64,000 nt of DNA from Albugo candida. Its lineage: Eukaryota. Below are positions 28,501 to 41,776 of the stretch, one piece after another. The notes beneath the pieces were generated by a model. It saw only the letters and a list, made by a program, of their open reading frames with translations. It searched no databases and was not told the DNA's origin. The stretch spans positions 62,001 through 126,000 of the forward strand of contig JBDOQK010000069.1 of the NCBI GenBank assembly GCA_040437565.1. Reading direction: 5' to 3'. Positions within the stretch are counted from its first letter, which is position 1; every line of letters starts with the position of its first letter. The translations under genes and the position numbers were made by a program.

Positions 28501-29474
28501 AAAGAGGGGGATGGTGTAGGCTTTGGAGGTGATGATGGGCAGACAGACTTGCGGTCTAGTGATGGAGGGGCCACTTTATTGTATTTTTGACCCGATGGGT
28601 CACGATACATGGGTTCCCAGGAGTCTGGGAAGGGTCGCTTGTAAGAAATAAGTAATATAAAGATGGGTATACCATGGTGAAGAAGGCAATCGGGAACCGT
28701 GTCTTGGTTGAAGTGCACCGTAGGTTTCTGAGATGCGATCCCATTGACTTGAACCGCCGCAGTGATGGAGTTGAGGAGGGGTGTGCGTTACCGGATGCGA
28801 AACATGTGTAATTGTCGGTATCCTCGATGTGGTCAGAAAGACGTACCAAGTCGACGCAATACCGGGGAAAATACGATGAAGATCGGGCGATGCGTACCGT
28901 TTGAGAAAATAGATTGAGGTCCATACGTGATAAGTTGGAAGCAGTTTTGCAAGATGTGCAAGAAAAATTGATACCCACGCCAAGAATGAGCTTGCAATCG
29001 CGTAGTACTCTGTTCGTTCGGGCTTCTTTCCAGGCGAGCGGTTGGTTTTCACTTCCGAGTTCCGCAATAACTTCATGCAGTTTCTGCGTGCGTGAGATGT
29101 TGTCACAGGGGATCCAAAGGCGATATTGTTCATCGCTGGGCGTGAAGCAGTGTCGCAAGGCGATCCGCATGTGTTCCGAGTAATCTAGAGTGATATAAGC
29201 TTGTGCTAGAGCATCTTCGCTTTCCTTTGGAGGATTATCGTCCGGTAGGTGACGTCGAAACGGGACGAAAGGTGCTCGGGGGGGACGGGTCTTGTCACGT
29301 GGTTGACGTTTTAGATAAGCATGGGGCGGGAGAGCAGCTTGGACTGACGGCAGAAGGCGTGTTAGCTTTGCCTGTTTCTGGTTCCATTTGGATGTATTCG
29401 ACTAGGAGGGGGCGTCAATGGTTTCTCTGGGACAGACGAAATCGCCACCAGAACAGGATGGATGACGACTATGG
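22536..29474 (-). mobile_element. Family X LINE X3 (near full length, decayed ORF1 and ORF2)
   Basis: ORF1 LWIPCDNISRTQKLHEVIAEL...GVGINFSC; APE IIGGNFNRPVDP, RNRLDYCL; RT GVPQGDPLS, ASADDVTG; C-terminal CVHGCSFIETPRHLFWDC; bounded by 28S motifs on both sides. Confidence 0.9.
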
Positions 29475-29492
29475 GTTGGAAGTTTGGCTGGG
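29475..29492 (+). repeat. 28S rRNA-derived target duplication GTTGGAAGTTTGGCTGGG
   Basis: 16/18 match to the LSU motif, at the X4/X3 junction. Confidence 0.75.
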
Positions 29493-31712
29493 AAGTTAAG
29501 TTGCATTACACTTACGATGACTTTACTAGACGCTAGATATGTTATGAAATAAAATGAAATTGATATCAAAGGAGGCTAGCTGTGGGATGTGAAACTGGGT
29601 ATACTGGATAGCGATAAAATCTCTTCAGTATGTCCATCATGGTTGAGAGGGAGGTCTTGAAACGATTTGGAAATGTAATAATAATAGGATGGATAAGAGT
29701 GGCATAAGAATGAATGTGTTGGCGGAACATCGCCTTTACTTGATGTAAGATAGATAAAAGCTGAGTTAGTTGCTTGGTTTCTGTATAGTCGGTGATTACG
29801 ATTGAGCCATAAGGTGCGAAGCACACAACCTCTAAGACAGTGGAGAATGGGGAGTAAAACCTGCGATGCAATACTGTTGGAGAAGGGAGGACGGAGGCGT
29901 ATATCTGTGTATAAAAGTAGACGATTCCAATTTAAAAGCTGTGAATAGACGAAATTGAAGGGCTGCAAGTAAAAAGTCCATAGTATATGAGCTATCGGGC
30001 AGTCCCAAAAAAGGTGACGAGGTGTCTCGTATCAGAGCATCCGTGAACGCAAAAAGTAGATAGTTGGACTGAGTGCGCCCTCGATACTTGTAACGACAAC
30101 CAAGGGCGTTGTGAAGGAGACGAACAAATCGGAGCACACGGGTAGTAAGTAGCGATTCAGTGAGTGTTATTCTGTCCAAAAGTTAGGCGGTAAGGAGCTG
30201 GGGGGGGGTTGTCTTCTGTGATGCCAAGACAAGAGAAGGATAGCGGCGGTGGGGAAGGATGTTCGATGTGGCGAAGGATCAAGTTGGTGATGACACGATC
30301 GAGGGGAAGGGTATCTTAAGTCCAGGCATCAAAGGAACCAAGGTGGGGATCTGGGGTAGAGGGCGAAAGGATCCTGCAAACGAATAGTGGGTGATGACAA
30401 GGTCAAGCTTTGCGAGCAGTGTCGTGACGACTTTGTCGATTTGTTTGGTTTTGGAGTGGTAAAAAAGACGGAGGGAGTCTGATGTAGGTGCCCACAAGGA
30501 CCGGCTGGAAAGTCAATGATACGGTAGATGTGTTGAGAGAAAAGATGATGACTGATGGTAATCGCCTCCATTAGAGAGGTTCTAGAGGGGCCATAGCGGA
30601 GGAGTTTGTTGAGCCAGATAGGTTGACAGAGGTGCTGAGTAGGAGATCGTTGTTGTGAGAGGAGAGAAGGAAGAAATGTTGAGCCAAGTAGCCGGTAGAT
30701 GGCGCCATTGTTATAGCTAAGTTTGACTGGGCGCGGTGTTGGTGTATTGAGTATATCCAGTCCAAGCCCGGCGTGCTGTAAAGTAGCGGAGAAGAGTTGA
30801 AGGATAGGAGAGAACCAGTGAGGGACTTGCCCTGGAGAATGACGGATTTGTTGAAGTGCTTGGATAAGTAAGGAGAGGCGGATACTAAGCAGGGTGGCGG
30901 TAACAAATGGTAGGCCAAGGCCACCAAGAGAGGGTGATACTGAATGCCGCAGTGTGTTGAGCTGATCTGGTGTGGAAGTGCTTGGAAGATCGGTATTAGT
31001 CTTGTTTTGCACGATATTGTGGATGATAGGTCGTAGTCGAGCAAGTTGGTCATCGGTAAAGTATATTATGGAACCAACATGCCATAGAATGGGTAGGAGT
31101 ACAGTACGAAGAATGAGAACGCGGCCGCGAATGGTATGTGCTCTCCAGCGCCAAAGTAGTGCACGTTGATGAAGTTGAGTAAGAAATTGGTCGAACTGAT
31201 ACGAGGAGGACGGAGTTGGACCAACATAAACACCCAGGAGTTTGGTAAAGTTGGAGCTTTTAAGGAGTCGGAGACCCAATGAGGTGAAGGAGGGACGGAG
31301 AGTGTCGAGATGTGACGACCGTGGACGGAAGTCATGGCCACTGTCTTTGAGACATTCAAGGTCAACCCAACTGCAGAGCAAGAGGTCTGGACATCTGAGA
31401 GGAATGTCGGAACGTGGGAGATGTCTAATAACAATGCACTGACATAATCGGAAAATGCCAAGAGAAGATGAGGTGTGGGATGAGTAGGGACTTGAATGCC
31501 GAGGGAGGAGAGACGGTGGCGAAGGTAGTTGAGGAGAGGTTCAATAAAGACGACAAATAACCCTGTGGAAAGTGGATCGCCTTGACGGACACCCGCGTCG
31601 ATGTAGAAGAAAGAGGAAGGCATGCCATTTATGAGTACTTGAGAAATGTTTTTTGTGTAGAAGGTCGTAATCCAGTGGCAAAAACGGTGACCAAAATCAA
31701 AGTGACGGAGGT
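29493..31712 (-). mobile_element. Family X LINE X4 (3' half: RT C-terminal part and 3' end)
   Basis: GVRQGDPLSTGLF, LLAFSDYVS, WRWRAHTIRGRVLILRTVLLPILWH, CVLRTLWLNRNHRLY. Confidence 0.9.
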
Positions 31713-32473
31713 TAACATTTACCTTTCGCCTTATCCGCTTTTCTCTATAACGATTAACACTCAATGAATTCATGTCTCTTACCAGTATGCTCGGACTTGG
31801 TCTATCGCCTCCTTCACAAAGCGCTAGGATGCCGCTACAAATATCAATGGGGCACGGAAGTCCATCTCTCTAATCAATGCGTTCAAGGCTGCTAGGACAT
31901 CGAAACGCCTCGTCACCTTTTTGGGATTGTCCCTTGGCTCGAATCATCTGGTCCTTCTGCTTGAAGCCCTTTCGACTTCATCTATAGCAACGCTTGTATT
32001 GGACTCGTATTCTTTTCTATCATGACCTTCGTAAACGTCCCCGTTTTCAAAAATACATAAGCTCAACTGTACTACTGCCTATCGTACACTGTCTTCGTGG
32101 ATGTGTTTGCGTTCGTTATGGCTCCATCGGGACCACCGCCTCTATAACAACAAAACTGTAAACTAGGCATTTGTTTTACATCAAGTGAACACGACCTTCC
32201 GCCAACATAAGCAATCATATGCCACCGCTCCCTGCAGCATATGGAAGCGATCAAAACAACACTTCACCGCCTCCTTATCGACTATCATGGCCATACTCTT
32301 GCGTTTCTGCCGTTTTCCAGTCTTCCCGGTTTCAGCCAGTCATGTGAGCACCACTTCGAGCTCACATGATCGCCTTCTTCCAGTTTCGTTAGCTTTTCCT
32401 GACCTTCATTGCCTCACCTATATCACCTAGCTAGCATTTAGGAAATTCAAGTACGTAAAATGTAACGTAACTT
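31713..32473 (+). mobile_element. Family X LINE X5 (3' terminal fragment, plus strand)
   Basis: RLLHKALGCRYKYQ and LRSLWLHRDHRLY match the X4 C-terminus; ends GTAAAATGTAACGTAACTT. Confidence 0.85.
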
Positions 32474-32491
32474 CCCAGCCAAACTCCCCAC
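32474..32491 (-). repeat. 28S rRNA-derived target duplication CCCAGCCAAACTCCCCAC
   Basis: Perfect reverse complement of LSU GTGGGGAGTTTGGCTGGG, at the X5/X6 junction. Confidence 0.9.
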
Positions 32492-32829
32492 GTTCCAATC
32501 TGCTCGCTAGTGCACAGGTCCCTTTCCATGCATCCTGCTCCCTCATTGGTCCAAAAATCTGTCTACGTCCCGACTTTGACAGCTTTCAGCCTTCTCAGCT
32601 TCTCTCTCCCAACCCCAGTACCCCTTTCATCACAGCTCTACCACCAACGGATCGTCTCTTCCGTTCGGATCAGTTTTCCAGCTGCTTCGTTCCTGCATTT
32701 CCACCGCCACAACAAACTCAGTCTGTCCCTCGACTGGCTCTTTCCAACTTTGAAGTAGTTTTTCCGGTCCTTGCGCCATCTCTCGCCCACAGAGCAGATT
32801 ACTGGGATACTTTCGACCGGATCTTCCCT

Positions 32830-33000
32830 GCCTCTTTACTGGTTCTTGTCGTTTTTTTACCAGATATCTTCTTAGCCTTACTGGCTTTTCCGGCTCTTTA
32901 CTGGCTCTTACTGGCGTTATGCTGACTCTTTCCGGCTTCTAACACGCTCTTGATTCATTAAAGTCTCTATTCCAGCATTCTAGTGGCTCTCTACCAGCTC
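32830..33000 (+). repeat. Degenerate ~10-nt CTCTTTACTGG-like repeats in the X6 5' UTR
   Basis: ctctttactgg, ccttactgg, ctctttactggctcttactgg, ctctttccgg visible in series. Confidence 0.55.
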
Positions 33001-34068
33001 TCTAGCAACACTCGATTGGAGTTCGACTAAATCATACCGACTTTACGGCTCCTTCGTCCCGACTCTACGGCTTCTTCCGGATCTCCTTTACGGATTCTCG
33101 TGCCCGCTTCTACGGATTGTAGCCCATATCCCTAGCTCAGCTTTGCATACTCCATCGTCTTCGCGTTTCGACTTCACGCAAGCATCCGACTCCTTTCCCC
33201 ATTCGATTCTATTTCCCGGTCTTTGGTTACTTTCAGCTCTATCGGGCTTACTTCCGTCAGAACACCCCCATTCTCGGCAACTTTTCGGCTCCACTTTGGC
33301 ACCCTTCATTTCGTCTACCCTCGTGTCGGTATCTACTAGGTGGTCTCATTCTGAAGCACGACTTCCTGTATACTAATTTCGAAACCGCCTTTCTTACTTA
33401 GCTCAAAAGCAAAGACAACATACGGAACACTCCATACTCTGAGGTCTGAATTTAACGCTTGGGCAATCTCACTTCTCCCGCCAGTTGAATCCTCGGAGGC
33501 TTACTTTTCTATAGTCCCGGGAATCGGGCTGTGAGTGACGAAAGGTTTCTTTCGGAAGCTTTATTCGGTGGAGCTCCTTTCTTCTCAATCTGGTAATTGG
33601 GACTTCCCACAAGTGCTGATACCACAGCTCTTTTTGTTTCGATTATGGTAGTGCCAGCCATTACACTGACTCTCGCCTCTCGTAATGTGACAGATTCCGC
33701 CACGCAAACGATGCCCCTAGTTCTTCACCTGATCATGGATCAACTTCGCCATCGAAGAAAGAAACGGTGCCTTTGCCCTTACCCAAACCAGTCACACCAC
33801 CTTTTCGTGTCTCCGTCAACACCACCTATCCCACCCCAAGTTCAATTTCCCCTACTTGACCCTCACAACAACGCCGTACTCCACAACCTTCGCAACGTCC
33901 CCGATTTCCCTCACATATCTCGGATGATGCGTATCTCAGAGAAAGTGAGCAGGCGATTGCTCAAGCCCTCATTAATGTCGATACCTCAGACCAAAAAGGG
34001 ACAGTGCTCCGTTTCGCTCCGACCCGAACGGAGATTTCATACAAACTCTGGATCCTGGCTGGTGCCAT

Positions 34069-35615
34069 TGTTGAAAATATTCAACAATGTGTTTTAGGTT
34101 TCCAGTCGCACTTGGACTTAGTTTGAACGATTGGTTAGGATTTTGATTTTCTAAGAAATAAAACCTCAGTTTTTGGCAATTTTCCTGGACCACCGCATCT
34201 TCGCTCACCTNNNNNNNNNNNNNNNNNNNNNNNNNNNNNNNNNNNNNNNNNNNNNNNNNNNNNNNNNNNNNNNNNNNNNNNNNNNNNNNNNNNNNNNNNN
34301 NNNNNNNNNNGACGGCTATGGAGTCACCTGTTGCATGAGAAGCTTAGCGATGCAGGTTTCAAACAAAGTCTAACAGACTCATGTTTATATTACGACCAAG
34401 ACACAAAAGTATTTACGGTTCTGGATGTTTATGTCGACGATATACTGATAACGGGGACAAGTTTTTCGAGAAATGAGTCTACATTTGATAGTCTTTCAAG
34501 TCTCTCAATCAAGAATCTCGGACCCGTCAGCATGTTTTTGGGCATGCGAGTTCGCTACAGCGATGAAGACGGATACTATTTGGATCAGGAACCGTCTATA
34601 TGCGAATTAATAACGAAAATGAGAATGGATGAAGCGCATCCGGTTCTCACGCCTATCGGTCGGGACTACAGTGATAGTACAACATCAAAATCGGACTGCT
34701 TGGAGATAAGTTCAGTCAAGAAGCCAACTATCAAGAAGTTCCAGTCTTAGGCTGGCAGTCTTTTGTGGATTGCACGCTGTACGCGTCCAGACATCAGTTT
34801 TGCTGTGCATCAGCTGACGAGACGTACTCATGCACCAACAACAGCCGATTGGGTGTTAGGTGTCAGAGTGGTGAAGTATCTTAAGGGTACTAAAAGTCTG
34901 AAGCTCTATTTGGGTGGTGAAGTATCCACGAATTCCAGAGAAGTCAGTCTGGAAGCGTTTTCGGATGCTGATTGCGCAGCAGATGATGAAACGAGAAACA
35001 GCATATCTGGTACAGCATTTAATTTGAATGGAATGACGATCAGCTGGTCATGCAAGAAGCAGCACTCAGTGGCATTATCGACGATGGAAGCAGAGTTTGT
35101 AGCAGCATCGAAGGCATCGCAGGATTTACTTGGAGCAAAGAAATTATTCAGCGAGTTAAAAGTCAAAGTGAAGGAGCCAATGATCTTGTGGATGGATAAC
35201 CAGGCGGCTATCAGTCAATTTCTCAACGAAGCTACTTCAATCAAGCCAAAACATATCGACGTCCGACTAAAATTCGTCAGAGCTAACATGGTCAGAAAAA
35301 TTATCGCACCAAGGTACGTACATACGTCGAAGATGATAGCCGACTTGCAGACGAAGGCGTTTCCGACGCCAAGATTTCTTGAGCTAAGAGAGTTATGTCA
35401 GTTAAGGGATCGGACAATGCAAGTCGAAGATGACACAACTTCAAGTGCAACCAGAAAGGAAGGAGTGTTGAAAGAACTTAACAATGTGTTTTAGATTTCT
35501 AGTCGCACTTGGAACTTAGTTCAAACGATTGGTCAGGATTTTAAATATCTAAAAAATAAAACCTCAGTTTTTGGCAATTTTCCTGGACCACCGCATCTTC
35601 GCTCACCTGCCAACA
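34069..35615 (+). mobile_element. Ty1/copia element, both LTRs (34069-gap at 34211; 35466-35615), RT/RNaseH; TSD GCCAT
   Basis: TGTTGAAA...CCAACA LTRs; GCCAT at 34064-34068 and 35616-35620; PPT AGAAAGGAAGGAG; YVDDILI, TRPDISFAV, FSDAD, ALSTMEAEF, KHIDVR. Confidence 0.95.
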
Positions 35616-38600
35616 GCCATCTCTGCCTCCAAGAAACTCTTGAGGTACTCTATAAACTCGGCAACGCCTCTCAACCCCTCGGGTTGCAGGATGACCAGAT
35701 GAGCAGATAACCACCTACTACGCAACTTTCGTCTTATCCCAGGCATGGCGATTAACTTTATATGTACTTACAGTACATCTATCAAGGCAGCATCACCAAT
35801 ATCGTCACTAAACTATAACTTTTTAGAACGGCTACTCGGATTACACGCTTCCCTTCCTTTGCCTCACGCTATTGGGTGGATTTGGTCCGACTCCCGGATG
35901 GCATCAGCGGCAACGAAATTTATGGCTGGTTTCAACACCGCGGCTACATATCTTCTGGACTTCTCTTCAATCGATAGCGGCTCTCGCCAAATAAACGCAC
36001 AGTATATTTCAATACCGACAACACCCCGGATTGCTTAGTCTTAAACAACGCTCCAATTGGGATATCACTTATACACATCCCTCCGATTACAATACGAAAC
36101 TCAAACCCTGTATTGTCACAAATCGACTCCAAGAATTCAACAAGGACATACCATCATCTCTCCTTCCTCGCGACAAACCTTTCCCGAGTAAACTTCTCAT
36201 CCCATTTCACCTCTAGCAAATTAGCTAGCTTCACCGCTACTCGACCCACTCAACCTTCACCTTCCGTTACATCGGACACGCATTTGCCACTATCAAAAAT
36301 TCCTATCTTCGATACCTCGAACCTTGACACGGAAGACGACATTTTCTTCTTCTGGCTCCTCTTTCATGAGTGAAGAAGTTGCTACGGCTCTTGCTAAGGT
36401 CATCATCGTACCCACCGCCCCTCCCTCAGATCCACACTACACTTTGATCAAATGTTCAATATATTTGGCTACATATTATAGGATTGGGTCGGAACGCATT
36501 CCCCACTCAAACATCTGTATAGTAAACGAAAAATCTGGATTTTGAATTCTCAGTTACACCCAACATCTATGAGCCCCTTTCAATCGATCATTGCGACCCC
36601 GCCGTTTCAATATCCTCCTTCGATATTGACATGCACGAGACCAAAGACTCATCAGTCCCATGCGCCGGATTTATCACCGCTCCGAACACCTCAACCCTAC
36701 CTGCGCTCCAATCTTCCACGATTTGCTTTGACGTCGGCTCCATGAGTAAAGCAAATTTGTTAGACTTCATCAACGACTTCCTTCATAACGAAATCGGCAG
36801 CAACTCGGAGCATATCCTTCTGCGTATTTCATCACAACCTGCAGTATTCGTCCGACCATTTTCGATTCAGCTACTGGACGCTCTCACGGATCCTTGAACA
36901 CGTTCACACTCACTTTACCTTGCATATGGTTCCAACTTCTCCTCTGTTTTCCCCAACTTTTCTTCCTTTCGTGCCACGACAACTTTCTCTGACCTCATCC
37001 AAAATATTCAAGATGATACGGTCTCTGGCACGAACCACAATGTCTACTTGGCAACACGGGATCTCTTTCTTCTTATCTCAGCTTCCAACGTATACTTTGA
37101 CCCACTCAAACTTTCCCACCTCATCAACTCCAAAGCCCACTACTTTACTGGCACTTTGGTTTTATTAATCACATACGACACACTGATATTACTAGCTCGT
37201 TCATCAATGGGAACAGCCCTTCTTGTATACTCAACAACATTAATCATCCATCAAGAGGCAATATAATCACTGGCAACACTTACCGCTGACCCCTCAACCA
37301 CACCGATCAAACCCAGCATGCTAGTTGTGTCTGAACTCGCACCATGGCACTTCACCTGCACCAGTCTTAATGTCAATGGGATTGATGCACCTTTCCATTC
37401 ATTATTTTTTTAAACTTCTTTGGAACCAACAAGTTATCTTTATCCAGGAAACCAAAATTTCTTCCTTGAATCGCCTCAATTTGGCCACCTACTTCCTCCA
37501 ACTTTAGGACTCCCACGTTACAGCCTTTTGGTCACAAACTACCTTCTCAACATACACTGGACAAAGTGAGGTTGGCGTCATCATCGTCTCCAACAGCTTT
37601 TTCACCGATGTCCTCGACATTTCTTCTACCCTCCATCTATCACCCAACGTTTCAACCGTGACGTGGTCATATGGGCTTTCATTGGATCTCAAAAGTATCA
37701 CCTACACTGCATCCATGCTCTATCTCCTCCATAGAATCGTACCACTTTGTTCGACGCACTCGCCACCATATTTTGGAGTGATACTGTCCACATTGTTTGC
37801 GGGGATTTCAGTCTTTCTCTTGATGCAGTTGTTAACCAAGCTGACTTAACAGACCATCACCTTTTGCCTGGCCGAATGGAACTTTTACATTGGCTTATCT
37901 GCCTTCACCTCATTGATCCTTGGAGGGTTGGTAGCCCGTCCGCGCAACTCTTTTCCGGTCCTTGACAGCTTCATCGACAGGATTATTGACCCTATTCACT
38001 TCCTCTATTCGACCATCATCTCCAAGACATCCGTTACCAACCCTGCGTTAATTACCATCACGAAGACCATCATTCGAATTCATTTCTTCTTTTTTCTCTT
38101 CGTCCTACCCTTTACTGACTCGTTCACCGTGAAGTTGTCCTGCTTGGAATCTACAAGATCACACCGTTCCAGCTCATCTTCATTAAAGTCTTACCAGGCT
38201 GTCTTTTGGATGAACACAAGCGCTGCGACTCGATGTAGCTTCGTCGAACGTTCAGGGATAGCGCTTCTTACACGAAGAACGACTAGAATATGTGCATACC
38301 CAGTATCTTCATCTCCGATCTACGGTATCCCCATCACAACCTTCACTACTTTAAGCCAAGTCTGAATATGATACCTTCCGTACCAGCCTCGCCGAACACC
38401 GGCATCATCTGTTTTTTCTCATGGACTAATATCAAATGAAACGATGTACATCACCCTTCTTTCGCCCACCTACCCCACCAGTATTACGCCCCTCCATCAC
38501 TTCAGTTCTACTTCAAGATGGAAATCGTTCCTTCTGCCCTCAATGCTACAGCCTCTCTACATCGTCAATATGGGCGCAAATTTTTCGCTCGACATCTCAC

Positions 38601-41600
38601 GACATCGCTTGCACATTGACCACTCCCCATTTCGAATACTCCACTCACCAATGCTCGTCTTTCCTTGACCCGGCTACCTCCAGAATCACTCCTTCACAAC
38701 GGCGATATCTTGATGCCCCTTTCACGGCCCGTGACTTTTAACACGCAATCATTCTTACGGCAAAGAACAAAGTCGCAGGCTCTGATCGACTTCCAGCCTA
38801 ATACTACCAGCTTTTCCCGATACTTTGGGGACCTATAATTGGAATTGGTGTATTCTTCTCAATTTCGATTAGGACATGTGACCCAATTTCAACGACGAAG
38901 TTACCTTTCTCTCCTTTCCCAACCCGACAAGCGATCTGACTCATCCAACTACCAGCCGTTGCTGCTTCCCAACCAAGACACCAAGTTTATCATGGCCGTT
39001 CGTCTCACCTCTCTTCTTCCCAGTCTACTCTGCACGGAGCAACATGGTTTTATACCTGGATGAGCATCATGGGACGCCTTCCGCACGTTCCCCGATCTCC
39101 AACACTTATGCAAGCATCCCCTTCCCTTACCAACAAAGGAGCGATGTTGGAAAAGCTGTTTACAGCGTCGATCACTCTGAACTATTTCCGAAACTCACAC
39201 ACTTTGGTTTTGGTTCTACCTTCTGTCACTACATACAAACATTCTACAAGGACACTCTCACAGCTACGCTTATAAATGGTACTTCGCGCGCGTTCTTTCA
39301 AATCAGCTGTAGTGTCAGACAAGGTGACGCACTACCACCTGGCCACTTCGTCGTTTACATCGAACTCCTCGTCGCATCTTTTTTCTCCACCTTCACCCGA
39401 TTCAGCATATTAACTCCTCTCCACCCCACACTACATCTCCCCTTTGCATTTACTGATGATGTCACGGGCCTACTCAATGATCTCCGCCAGGCTCCGCATT
39501 TTATCAATCGTGTCACTCAATTTTTTCCGCAAAGGGCATGGTACATACTTCTTTTGACAAAACTGTCGTTCTACCGTTCGTCACTCGGAACGAAGCATCT
39601 GACACGCGCACAGCCTTACAACAACTTGGGATTCGCACACTGGCTTTCACTGAGTGCACCCGCCTACTATACATTCTCGTCGGTGGTCCACAATCGGCAT
39701 CACACCAATTGGAAACTCTTCTGCACACGATTCTTCAGCGTATGGTTATTTGGGGATGACCTGCAGGAACATATCTCGGTCGAGTCCTCCCACTCAAATC
39801 TACTATTCTTCATCTACTTTGGCACGTTGGCACCGCGCATTACTTGCCTCCGACATTCCTCACAAAGCTTTCCTTCCTGATTCGTTTCTTCGTCAACAAG
39901 CAAATCACTGGACAAGCTTCCACAAATGCCCCATCTGGATTTCTCTTACTTATGGCACACAGACAGCCTCAATCAACGTGACCTCTCATTACCCCCTCCA
40001 GTGCAACACTTCTTGGCTACCGCCTCTCGATTCTCATAGCGGGTATCAACGAAACACACTTATCCCCTTCTTCACCTCCTCACTGGCTCTCCCCTGCACT
40101 ATATCTCTCCACTGTAGCTATACACACGCTCGGCCTTGACTTCGCCATATTGTACTACCCTCACATGCCGTCAGCACAAATGAACTATTCCAGTTAGAAA
40201 GCACGACCATCTTTCTGGATCTACAATATCAGTGCTTGGACTACACTGGATCACCTACATTGGGACACATTGACTAGATCTCCTACTCACCTCATTCATC
40301 AACCCCTATGAAATTACGGTCAAATTACTGACGGCGCTTCTCGGCTTCCAATCTTCAGAGTTTTCACTTCGGTTCATCATCCTGGCAACTCCTCCATTCA
40401 CCGCCTGAGCGACTTTACCCTCCAATTTGGATCCTTCCATTTCCTCCCGTATTCGCCGCTCTCTTTTCATCTTATCTACCATGAACGGGACGCGCGATTA
40501 CGGCTTCAATAGACAGTATACAGCGACTTCTTTCAAGCTACACATCATCCACTCTTTCTAACGATTCTATCTCACCTGCTCAGAGCCTTCGACTCATGGT
40601 TATTTGGCTCAGTNNNNNNNNNNNNNNNNNNNNNNNNNNNNNNNNNNNNNNNNNNNNNNNNNNNNNNNNNNNNNNNNNNNNNNNNNNNNNNNNNNNNNNN
40701 NNNNNNNNNNNNNTACCATGAACGGGACGCGCGATTACGGCTTCAATAGACAGTATACAGCGACTTCTTTCAAGCTACACATCATCCACTCTTTCTAACG
40801 ATTCTATCTCACCTGCTCAGAGCCTTCGACTCATGGTTATTTGGCTCAGTTTAAGTTTCACGACTTACACTGTCGATAAAACTCCGCCTCCTCTCAACAA
40901 CGACTACTCGAACCCTGCCCCTTACACCTCTTCACATCGACTACCACTTATCCCTTCCCGACACCTTTTGATCCAATCAAGATTCTTTTCATCTTCGAAC
41001 AGTACCAGTTAGATCGGATCTCGTCTACCGGCTTCGTCACAATGCATTTGGATTCAGATACCCTTACGTTGGCGTACAATCACGCCACAATCCATACCTG
41101 TGTCTTCGGCTGCTCTTCTTTGAAAACACCTCGACACGTTTTCTAGGATTGCCCGTAAGCTCGTCTACTTTGGATTGGTTTCTCCCTCCACTACACCGCC
41201 TCTGCGATACCCTCGTCACTTGTTCTAGGATACCGTTCGATTATCAGCTCCAAATTCTTCCCCCTGCACTCCACGCTTATTGCTCCACCACTATATCGGG
41301 GACTTTACCCTGTAATCGTGGCTGTATCTTTAGAGTATTGTGGCTTCATCGAAACAAACTCTTCTGCACAAGCAATAAAAGAACATCCAACATTTATCCC
41401 TCCTATGCAAAGCTTTACGTACGNNNNNNNNNNNNNNNNNNNNNNNNNNNNNNNNNNNNNNNNNNNNNNNNNNNNNNNNNNNNNNNNNNNNNNNNNNNNN
41501 NNNNNNNNNNNNNNNNNNNNNNNCTCTTCTGCACAAGCAATAAAAGAACATCCAACATTTATCCCTCCTATGCAAAGCTTTACGTACGCGTTCTCATCGT

Positions 41601-41776
41601 CTCTCTCGCCTTTTTTATTTTTTCTACCGACATTACGGATTACACGTCTTCCATCTTTCCGCAACGGACACTTGTTAGACTTGCAACCTTTTTCCTTCTC
41701 TTTCCATATTTTATCATTTTTCGCACTAACTAGCATACCACAGGAAAACCATCGTCAGTATAATGAAACGTAAGTT

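Larger units (their letters stand above)
32492..41776 (+). mobile_element. Family X LINE X6 (full length, decayed; copia inserted in ORF1)
   Basis: APE NVNG, IFIQETK, VCGDFS; RT NYQPLLLPNQDTKF, SVRQGDALP, FAFTDDVTG; C-terminal CVFGC..LKTPRHVF; flanked by 18-bp TSD 32474-32491 / 41777-41794. Confidence 0.9.
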
